This document shows, piece after piece, positions 51,689 to 58,342 of a stretch of DNA of 58,342 nt (its first letter is position 1; every line of letters starts with the position of its first letter). The position numbers and the translations under genes are program-made. This DNA is from Acidimicrobiales bacterium (GTDB taxonomy: Bacteria; Actinomycetota; Acidimicrobiia; Acidimicrobiales; CADCTF01): the NCBI GenBank assembly GCA_036380695.1, contig DASVEG010000202.1:1-58342 (forward strand). The letters are read 5' to 3'. The notes under the pieces were generated by a model. That model worked only from the letters and a program-made list of their open reading frames with translations, had not been told where the DNA came from and ran no database searches.

Positions 51689-52369
51689 TCAGCACTCGGA
51701 GCTGACTTCTCCGGTGGCGTCGACGGTCGTGTCGCACGGGTAGAACCGCAGCTGCGCGAGCTTCAGGCCGGTGTTGTCGTACTGCCAGAAGTAGTCACGC
51801 AGCGCGTCGCTGAAGAGCGGATACAGCTGCGGGTTGTCGACGCCGTCGTCGGTGAGGTCGGCGTAGATGTAGAGCAGCTCGCGGGTCACGTTCGTGAACG
51901 ACGACTTGCCCGTCGACCGCCGGAGCGTCAGCGAGTTCAACGTGTCGCACACCCGCTCGCCGGTGACCTTGTCGTAGCCGCACGTCGTGACGACGGCCTC
52001 GCCGCCCGGCTTGCCGAGCGCCCGAGCGAAGACCGAGTAGTCGGACGTCGAGGTGGTGGCGTCCTGTACGAACTCGGCGGGCTTGGGTAGCTGGAACGAG
52101 GCGGTGCCGTCGGTGCCGTTGGCGTCGAGCACCGAGAACGCGCCTTCGCTGAGGAGGATCTTCGACGACCCGCTCAGCGGCACGAAGATGCGGTGGCCGT
52201 TGTTGCCGGTCATCGTCGGGACGGTCTTGTTCTTCGGGACGCCGATGATGTTCAGCGTGTAGTGGCTGCCACTCGGGGCGCCGTTGCCGTTGAGGTCGTT
52301 GCCCGCGGTTGCCGGCGCCGCTGCGGCGACGCTGACGGCTACGAGCGTCGCTGCGAACAGTCGTCTCAT
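51689..52369 (-). CDS. Secreted hypothetical protein (226 aa, four Cys)
   Basis: ATG 52369 gives signal peptide MRRLFAATLVAVSVAAAAPATA. The gene is visibly less GC-rich than its neighbours. I recognise no family. Confidence 0.6.
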   Translation of the reverse strand: MRRLFAATLVAVSVAAAAPATAGNDLNGNGAPSGSHYTLNIIGVPKNKTVPTMTGNNGHRIFVPLSGSSKILLSEGAFSVLDANGTDGTASFQLPKPAEFVQDATTSTSDYSVFARALGKPGGEAVVTTCGYDKVTGERVCDTLNSLTLRRSTGKSSFTNVTRELLYIYADLTDDGVDNPQLYPLFSDALRDYFWQYDNTGLKLAQLRFYPCDTTVDATGEVSSEC

Positions 52370-52453
52370 GTCACTCCGTTTCGTTGGGGAAGGGGTTGCT
52401 CTCCGACCCAACGATGACGGCCCGATGCGCGCTGCGGCACCCCCAGATGGGGG

Positions 52454-53116
52454 CTATGTGGTGCGCTTCTCCGCGGCGTCGAACAGGCGCTGCAGCTCGA
52501 CGCGCAACTGCTCGGTCAGCTCGCGGACCGCGCGGCGGGAGGCCCCGCTCGACTCCGGCGACTGGGGGTGCAGCGCCGGGCCGACGACGAGATGGACCTT
52601 CACCGGGCGCAGGAACTTCGCGCCCTTCGGCATCGCGTTCTCGGAGCCACCGATGCCGACCGGCAGGATCGGCACGCCGACCTTCGTCGCGAGGTACGCG
52701 GCGCCGTCGAACAGGTCTTCCACCACGGGGCCCGACCTCCGGGTGCCCTCGGGGAACAGGACGAGGGGCTCGCCGCCGCGCAGCACGTCCGCGCATCGCC
52801 GCAACGCCTCGCGGTCAGCGGTGCCGCGGTTGACGGGGAAGCCGCCCATGGCGGTGAAGAACCACCCGATCTGGCGGATCTTCCACATCTCCTTCTTGCC
52901 CATGTAGCGGAGCCGGCGCCGGGTTACGGCTGCGACCAGCGGTGTGTCGACGTTCGATCGGTGCACCGCGCTGAGGATGAAGGCGCCGGTCGCGGGCACG
53001 TGCTCCCGCCCTTCGACGGTGACGCGCCAGAACACCCGGCAGAAGGCGACGACGATCCCGCGTACGACGGTGTAGAAGACGAGATCGGGGCGGATGCGCG
53101 ACACGAGGTTGCTCAC
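52454..53116 (-). CDS. plsC: 1-acyl-sn-glycerol-3-phosphate acyltransferase
   Basis: GTG 53116 overlaps the cmk stop (GTGA). The HX4D motif (AVHRSNVD) and FPEGTR are present. Confidence 0.88.
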   Translation of the reverse strand: MSNLVSRIRPDLVFYTVVRGIVVAFCRVFWRVTVEGREHVPATGAFILSAVHRSNVDTPLVAAVTRRRLRYMGKKEMWKIRQIGWFFTAMGGFPVNRGTADREALRRCADVLRGGEPLVLFPEGTRRSGPVVEDLFDGAAYLATKVGVPILPVGIGGSENAMPKGAKFLRPVKVHLVVGPALHPQSPESSGASRRAVRELTEQLRVELQRLFDAAEKRTT

Positions 53117-53733
53117 AGCTTCGAAAGCACCTCCTCGACGATCTCCTCGATGGCCCGGCCCGTCGTGTCGATGACGAGCGCGTCGTCGGCGGCGAGGAGA
53201 GGCGACACGCGACGCGACGAGTCGATCTCGTCGCGCCGCACTACCTCGCGGGCGACGTCTGCGCCCGCCTCGGCTTCGCGCCGCCTCACCCGCTCGGCCT
53301 CCGAGGCGGTCAGGTACACCTTCACCTCGGCGTCCGGGAATACGACGGTGCCGATGTCGCGGCCTTCGACGACGCCACCGCCGCGCGCCTCGACCCACCG
53401 CCGCTGGCGTGCCACGAGGTTGGCGCGCACCTCCGGGTGGGCGGCTACCACGCTGACGAGCGCGCTCACCTCGGGCCCGCGGATCGCGGACGTGGCGTCC
53501 GCCCCGTCGATGGTGACGCGCTCGCCGACCTCGATCGCGAGCTCGCCGACCATGGCCGCGATCGCGTCGCCGTCCGAGGGGTCGACGTCTCGGTCGAGCA
53601 CCGCGAGGGTGACCGAGCGGTACATGGCGCCGGTGTCGAGGTAGTCGAGCCCGAGCCTCGCGGCGATGGCGCGCGCCACCGTCGACTTGCCGGACCCCGC
53701 AGGGCCGTCGATCGCGATCACCTTGGGCGTCAT
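53113..53733 (-). CDS. cmk: Cytidylate kinase
   Basis: 206 aa with IAIDGPAGSGKST...LDTGAMYR. Confidence 0.95.
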   Translation of the reverse strand: MTPKVIAIDGPAGSGKSTVARAIAARLGLDYLDTGAMYRSVTLAVLDRDVDPSDGDAIAAMVGELAIEVGERVTIDGADATSAIRGPEVSALVSVVAAHPEVRANLVARQRRWVEARGGGVVEGRDIGTVVFPDAEVKVYLTASEAERVRRREAEAGADVAREVVRRDEIDSSRRVSPLLAADDALVIDTTGRAIEEIVEEVLSKL

Positions 53734-55001
53734 CCGGGCCGCAACCTACTCAGCGTCTCCCAGAAACCCGGAAACGTCTTGCCGACGCACGAAGCGTCCG
53801 CGATCTCGACGCCGGGCACTCGCAGGCCGACCAGCGCGAACGCCATCGCCATTCGGTGATCGTCGTACGTCTCCACCAGGCCGCCGGTCGGCGCCGACGG
53901 ATGGATCGTCCATCCGTCGTCGTGCTCGTCGACCGTCACCCCGAGGCGCCGCAGCTCCGTGGTCGCGGCGGCGATGCGGTCGCTCTCGTGGCCTCGTATG
54001 AACCCGACCCCCCTGATGCGCGTCGGGCTGTCGGCAAACGGGGCGATGGCCGCGGCGGTGAGCGCCTGATCCGGCATGCGCGAGAAGTTCTGGTCGACGC
54101 CGTGGAGCGCGCCGGTGCCACGCACGCCGACCGCGAGCCGGTCGGCCCGCCAGCGCACGTCGGCCCCCATGCGGGCGAGCACGCCGAGGAACTCGATGTC
54201 GCCCTGCAGGCTCTCCGGCGCGAGCCCGTTCACCGTCGCCTTGCTGCCGGTGATCGCGGCCGCGGCGAAGAAGTACGCCGCCGCGGACGCGTCGGGCTCG
54301 ACGAAGTACCCGCGCGATCGGTAACGCCCGGGCTCGACGACGACACGCCTCGGATCGACGTGAGCGCTCCCACCGAACGCCCACATGGCCATCGCGGTCA
54401 TCTCGACGAACGTCCGGCCGACGATCTCGGTGCTCGACTCGATCGTGAGGCCGCCGCGCAGCGGTGCAGCCATCATCAGCGCCGAGAGGAACTGGCTGGT
54501 CACGTTGCCCGGCATGTGGAGCACGCCTCGACCGCGGGCGCCGGGCGACACCGTGACCGGCAGCGTCGGGCCACCCTCTATCGTGCCGCCGATCGCGCGC
54601 ACGGCCTCCACCAGGTCGCCCATCGGCCGGCGCCGAAGCTGCTCGCTGCCGTCGAGCACGACGGGCCGCGACGACGCCACCGCGAGCACGGGCAGCAGGA
54701 ACCGGGCGGTCGTGCCGGAGGACCTCGCGTCGACACGCGCCCCCGCGGGCGGGTCGAAGCGACCGCCCACGCCGTCGACCCGCGCCGTGGTGCCGTCGAC
54801 GTCGATGGAGACGCCGAGCCCGCGCAGCGCGCCGATCATGGCGTCCGCGTCGTCGGCGCGAAGGACGTTCTGCACCTCGGAGGTGCCGTCCGCGAGCGCG
54901 GCGAGCAACAGCGCCCGGTTCGTCAGGCTCTTCGAGCCCGGCACGTCGACGACGAGGTCGAACGGCGCGTCGATCGGCGCGACCTGCACCGCCCCGGTCA
55001 C
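53730..55001 (-). CDS. aroA: 3-phosphoshikimate 1-carboxyvinyltransferase (EPSP synthase)
   Basis: GTG 55001 overlaps the tyrA stop. Contains VPGSKSLTNRALLLAALA...SSGTTARFL...DHRMAMAFAL. Only the lower part of track ORF 53730..56174 is used. Confidence 0.95.
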   Translation of the reverse strand: MTGAVQVAPIDAPFDLVVDVPGSKSLTNRALLLAALADGTSEVQNVLRADDADAMIGALRGLGVSIDVDGTTARVDGVGGRFDPPAGARVDARSSGTTARFLLPVLAVASSRPVVLDGSEQLRRRPMGDLVEAVRAIGGTIEGGPTLPVTVSPGARGRGVLHMPGNVTSQFLSALMMAAPLRGGLTIESSTEIVGRTFVEMTAMAMWAFGGSAHVDPRRVVVEPGRYRSRGYFVEPDASAAAYFFAAAAITGSKATVNGLAPESLQGDIEFLGVLARMGADVRWRADRLAVGVRGTGALHGVDQNFSRMPDQALTAAAIAPFADSPTRIRGVGFIRGHESDRIAAATTELRRLGVTVDEHDDGWTIHPSAPTGGLVETYDDHRMAMAFALVGLRVPGVEIADASCVGKTFPGFWETLSRLRPG

Positions 55002-56068
55002 AGCGGTCGCACCGACGGGCGGAAGCCGCGGGCGTAGCACGCGCCTCGGAGCAGGTCGGCCTCCTTGACGTCGACCAGCAGCAGCAACACGCCGCGGTCG
55101 CCTTCGGCCGAGTGCGCGATCTCGATGTCCGCGATGTTCACGCCGAGCTCGCCCGCGAGGGTCGTCACCTCGGCGAGCACACCAGGACGGTCGGGCACCG
55201 GGATGCGCAACTCCACCATCTCGTCGGCCGACGCCACGGCTCGCGCCGGCAGGTTGATGCGCGCCGTGCGCGCCGCCTCCAGGAGGCGGAGGAGCTCGCC
55301 CCGGTCGGCATCGGCGACCGTCGACCGCAACGAGGTCAGCGTGCCGAGCAGCTCGTCGAGCGCGGTCACGATCGCGTCGCGGTTCTCCGCGCAGATGTCC
55401 GGCCAGATGCCTGGGTGACCGGCGGCGATGCGGGTCATGTCGCGGAACCCGCCCGCCGCGAGGCGGAGCAGCGTCGCGTGTTCCTCCGAGCGGGCCGAGG
55501 CGATCGTCATCAACGCGGCGGCGGTGAGGTGGGGCACGTGGCTCACGACCGCGACGAGCGCGTCGTGGCGCTCCGGCGGGATGGCAACCACCGAAGCTCC
55601 CATCGACGTCACGACGTCCTGCAGCCGCGCGTACGCGGAAGGGTCGGTCGTCTCCGACGGCGTCAGCACCCAGACCGCGCCCGCGAAGAGGTCGGCGTCC
55701 GCGCCGTCGACGCCCTCCTGTTCCGAGCCGGCCATCGGATGACCGCCCACGAATCGCGGGTGGTCGACGGCCGCGACGATCGGGGCCTTCACGCTCCCGA
55801 CGTCGGTGACGACAGTGCGGCCCGCCTTCACGAGCTGGCGCGCTTCGGCGGCCACCGCGCTCACCGGCGTGGCCACGAACACGACGTCGGCGTCGGCGTC
55901 GCTGCCGATGGTGTCCAGCGCGCCCAGCTCGACCGCGCGCTCTGCCCGCGCCCGGTCGTGGTCGCGGCCGGTGACGTGCCATCCGAGCCGCCGCAACGCC
56001 AGGCCGATCGACCCGCCGATGAGCCCCGTGCCGACGATCGCCGCGCGTGTCCCCGACTCCCCCATCAC
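54998..56068 (-). CDS. tyrA: Prephenate dehydrogenase with C-terminal ACT domain
   Basis: 356 aa with Rossmann motif IVGTGLIGGSIG, GGHPMAG, and an ACT-like tail. Confidence 0.92.
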   Translation of the reverse strand: MMGESGTRAAIVGTGLIGGSIGLALRRLGWHVTGRDHDRARAERAVELGALDTIGSDADADVVFVATPVSAVAAEARQLVKAGRTVVTDVGSVKAPIVAAVDHPRFVGGHPMAGSEQEGVDGADADLFAGAVWVLTPSETTDPSAYARLQDVVTSMGASVVAIPPERHDALVAVVSHVPHLTAAALMTIASARSEEHATLLRLAAGGFRDMTRIAAGHPGIWPDICAENRDAIVTALDELLGTLTSLRSTVADADRGELLRLLEAARTARINLPARAVASADEMVELRIPVPDRPGVLAEVTTLAGELGVNIADIEIAHSAEGDRGVLLLLVDVKEADLLRGACYARGFRPSVRPL

Positions 56069-56431
56069 CTACTCCGGGAGGTCGTCGCGCAGACCCTTCG
56101 CGCCTTCGAGGTAGATGTGATGCAGCTCGCTGCGCGCCTTGTCGGTCGAGATGTGCATGAGCACCCGGATGCATCGCGGCGCGCCGTTCACGATGTCGAG
56201 CTCGCGCGCGCAGATGAGCGGGACGTCGCCAAAGCCGATGTCGCGCGCCGCGGTCGCAGGGAAGACGGAGTGGATGTCGTCGGTCGCGGTGAACAGCACG
56301 CTGATGACGTCTTCCTTGTCGACTGCGTTCCGCTCGAGCATGCGCACGAGCAACGCCTGTGTTCGCTCGGTGACCTGCTCCGCGGTGTCGGCGTCGACCG
56401 TCGTCGCTCCCCGCAGTCCGCGCACCGGCAT
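56069..56431 (-). CDS. aroH: Chorismate mutase, AroH class
   Basis: ATG 56431 gives 120 aa with RGLRGATTV...ISVLFTATDDI...PRCIRVLMH. Confidence 0.88.
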   Translation of the reverse strand: MPVRGLRGATTVDADTAEQVTERTQALLVRMLERNAVDKEDVISVLFTATDDIHSVFPATAARDIGFGDVPLICARELDIVNGAPRCIRVLMHISTDKARSELHHIYLEGAKGLRDDLPE

Positions 56432-56441
56432 CCGGTGGAGG

Positions 56442-57158
56442 TTAGTTGCGCCGCTGCGCGGCACCAGCGAGGGCTCGCACCTCCTCTGGCTCGAGGACAC
56501 GCCACTCGCCAGGGCGGAGGCGGCGGTCCGCGATGGGGCCGATGCGGGTGCGCACCAGCCGTGCGACCGGGTGGCCGACGGCCTCGCACATCCGCCGCAC
56601 CTGGCGGTTGCGGCCCTCGTGGATCGTGATGCGGAGCACGCTCGCGTCGAGCCGGGCCACCTTCGCTTGCGAGGTCCGCCCGTCGTCGAGCTCGACGCCC
56701 TCGCGCAGGACGCGGATCGCGGCGTCGCTGGGCCTGCCCTCGACCTCGGCGACGTACTCCTTCTCGACGCCGAAGCTCGGGTGGGTCAGCCGGTGGGTGA
56801 GCTCGCCGTCGTTGGTCAGCACCAGCAGCCCCTCGGTATCGGCGTCGAGACGGCCGACGGGGAACACGCGCGGCTCCGACGGCACGATCTCGACGACCGT
56901 CGGCCGGCCTTGCGGGTCGTCGGCGGTGGTGATCACGCCGGCGGGCTTGTTGAGGAGGTAGTGGACGAGGCCCGCGGCCACGGGGACGAGCCCGCCGTCG
57001 ATCTCGATGACGTCGGTCGACGGGTCGACGCGGTGGCCGATCCTCGCCCGCTCGCCGTTGACCCTCACCCGTCCTTCGGCGATGAGCTCCTCGCACACCC
57101 GTCGGCTGGCGACGCCCGCCCTGGCGAGCACCTTCTGCAGCTTCTCGGGTTCGCTCAC
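56442..57158 (-). CDS. rluB: Pseudouridine synthase (RluB/RsuA family)
   Basis: GTG 57158 overlaps the scpB stop. Has an S4 domain (KLQKVLARAGVASRR) and the catalytic motif GRLDADTEGLLVLTNDG. Confidence 0.92.
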   Translation of the reverse strand: MSEPEKLQKVLARAGVASRRVCEELIAEGRVRVNGERARIGHRVDPSTDVIEIDGGLVPVAAGLVHYLLNKPAGVITTADDPQGRPTVVEIVPSEPRVFPVGRLDADTEGLLVLTNDGELTHRLTHPSFGVEKEYVAEVEGRPSDAAIRVLREGVELDDGRTSQAKVARLDASVLRITIHEGRNRQVRRMCEAVGHPVARLVRTRIGPIADRRLRPGEWRVLEPEEVRALAGAAQRRN

Positions 57159-57778
57159 TCGGCGGGGGTCGACTCGCCTTCGGGAGCGGCTGCGGTGCCG
57201 GCGTCTGCCGGGTCGACCGGCTCGGCGCGCAGCGAGTGCTCGAGCGCCTCCATGATCTCCGCGCCGGGGACGAAGTCGCCGAGGGGCGGCAGATCGTGCA
57301 CCGAGTCGAGGCCGAGCCGCTCGAGGAAGAGCGGCGTGGTGCCGTAGAGCACCGCCTGGCCAGGACCGGGGTCGCGCCCGACCTCGGCGATGTAGCCGCG
57401 CTGCTGGAGCGTGCGGACGACGCCGTCGACGTTCACGCCGCGGATCGCCGACATCTGCGCGCGGCTCACCGGCTGCTTGTAGGCGACGATGGCGAGCGTC
57501 TCCAGTGCCGCCGCCGACAAGCGGGCGGACTGGCCTTCGAGCACGAACCGCTCGACGTAGGGCGCGAGGTCGGGGTGGCTCTGGTAGCGGTAGCCGCCCG
57601 CGACGCGCACGAGCTGGAACCCGCGGTCGTCGGTCTGGTAGCGCAGCTGCAGCTCGGTGCAGATCGCGTCGACCCGCGTCGCCGGCGCCTCCAGTACCTG
57701 CGCGAGGAGGTCGGTCGGGATGGGCTCGTCGGCGACCATGAGGATCGCTTCGATGGCGCGCTCGACGTCGTCGGCCAT
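57155..57778 (-). CDS. scpB: Segregation and condensation protein B
   Basis: 207 aa with IEAILMVADEP...LVRVAGGYRYQS...LSAAALETLAIVAYKQPVSRAQMSAIRGV. Confidence 0.92.
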   Translation of the reverse strand: MADDVERAIEAILMVADEPIPTDLLAQVLEAPATRVDAICTELQLRYQTDDRGFQLVRVAGGYRYQSHPDLAPYVERFVLEGQSARLSAAALETLAIVAYKQPVSRAQMSAIRGVNVDGVVRTLQQRGYIAEVGRDPGPGQAVLYGTTPLFLERLGLDSVHDLPPLGDFVPGAEIMEALEHSLRAEPVDPADAGTAAAPEGESTPAE

Positions 57779-57793
57779 GGCTGGTATGCGGCC

Positions 57794-58342
57794 TCAGCCT
57801 TCGTAGGCGTCGACGAGCTCGGCGTCGAAGGACGCGTGCTCGCCGCCGCGCCAGGCGATGGCGATGTCGCCGCAGCGCTCGGCCTGGTCGAGGTCGACGA
57901 TGCCCTGCTTGAACAGCTCGAGGATGGCGAGGAATCGCACGATGACCTCGAGCTGGTCGACCAGCGACGCCGTCAGCTCGCGGAAGGTGAGGCGGCCGGC
58001 GCGTTGCAGCTCGTCGGCGACCTCGTCCATGGCGTCGCGAACGCTCAACCGGATGCCGACGTGGTCGAGGTCGACGCGGGGCACGGGCTTCGGGGCGACG
58101 GCCTTGAGGAACGCCTTGCGGAGCCGCTCGGGCGTCACGCCGTCGAGGAGGTCGGGCGTGAGGTCGGCGAAGCGGTCTTCGATGCCGGCGCGGCGCGGGA
58201 ACGATCGCTCGGCCGCGGCGGTCAGCGTCTGCAGCGCGACCGCCGCGTCCTTGAACGTCTTGCACTCGAGCAACCGGGCCAGGAGGAGGTCGCGCTGCTC
58301 CCACAACCCGAGCTCTTCGTCGAGATCGATGTCGTCGCCGCC
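57794..58342 (-). CDS. scpA: Segregation and condensation protein A (5' end lies beyond the window edge)
   Basis: The frame stays open to position 58342. Contains LVDQLEVIVRFLAILELFKQG. The ATG/TTG at 58306 in the track is probably internal. Confidence 0.88.
   Translation of the reverse strand, partial: GGDDIDLDEELGLWEQRDLLLARLLECKTFKDAAVALQTLTAAAERSFPRRAGIEDRFADLTPDLLDGVTPERLRKAFLKAVAPKPVPRVDLDHVGIRLSVRDAMDEVADELQRAGRLTFRELTASLVDQLEVIVRFLAILELFKQGIVDLDQAERCGDIAIAWRGGEHASFDAELVDAYEG

Noticed and set aside
1-58342. CRISPR arrays, rRNA genes, IS elements/transposases, prophage genes, known defence or toxin-antitoxin modules
   Set aside because: No regularly spaced direct repeats, no rRNA-like sequence, no transposase-like ORF and no nuclease/ATPase/methylase combinations typical of defence systems were seen on either strand.

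Overview
This is a very GC-rich (about 70% by eye), densely packed chromosomal window. I call roughly 70 CDS and one tRNA, and most junctions are 4-nt NTGA start/stop overlaps. Gene content and synteny point to a deep-branching Actinobacteria-type genome. In order, the window holds:

1. A complete mce lipid/steroid-uptake locus (180-10287): mkl, yrbEA/B, mceA-F and one mas gene.
2. Small housekeeping genes: DUF4193, USP, GNAT, NUDIX, crotonase, HAD.
3. A minus-strand operon containing a Xer-like tyrosine recombinase and an Arg/Gly-rich protein.
4. A convergent pair of RDD paralogues.
5. A class II aldolase and an LLM oxidoreductase.
6. An ECF sigma factor with a TolB-like putative anti-sigma factor.
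7. gcvT-gcvPA-gcvPB, followed by the conserved actinobacterial block gcvH / FHA (GarA-like) / MerR / DUF151 nuclease / MerR / DUF881-Sbp-DUF881 / ManC fusion / CDP-alcohol phosphatidyltransferase. An hpt gene is inserted in this block.
8. tRNA-Pro(GGG).
9. An HMG-CoA lyase and carboxyltransferase pair plus a PP2C phosphatase.
10. DUF512-der and ispH.
11. A LuxR-type two-component system with a secreted protein.
12. plsC-cmk-aroA-tyrA-aroH-rluB-scpB-scpA, with scpA truncated by the window edge.

I found no CRISPR array, IS element, prophage or recognisable defence or toxin system, and I cannot point to a clearly novel multi-gene system. The signals most worth a second look are:

- Two families of long, near-perfect hairpin repeats, each present twice in unrelated intergenic spacers and sharing CGTTCYGG...CCRGAACG termini, plus a third composite hairpin of about 90 nt.
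- Three genes (hpt, a HAD hydrolase and an unknown ORF) whose coding N-termini contain no ATG/GTG/TTG. They appear to start at CTG coupled to the upstream stop codon.
- A tightly divergent HTH / PH-membrane gene pair with a 28-bp AT-rich spacer beside tRNA-Pro.
- An apparently leaderless zinc-ribbon gene whose start codon lies inside a 19-bp perfect palindrome.
- RDD paralogues that open with runs of 7-8 prolines.

Most long ORFs in the supplied track are antisense or out-of-frame artefacts of the high GC content.
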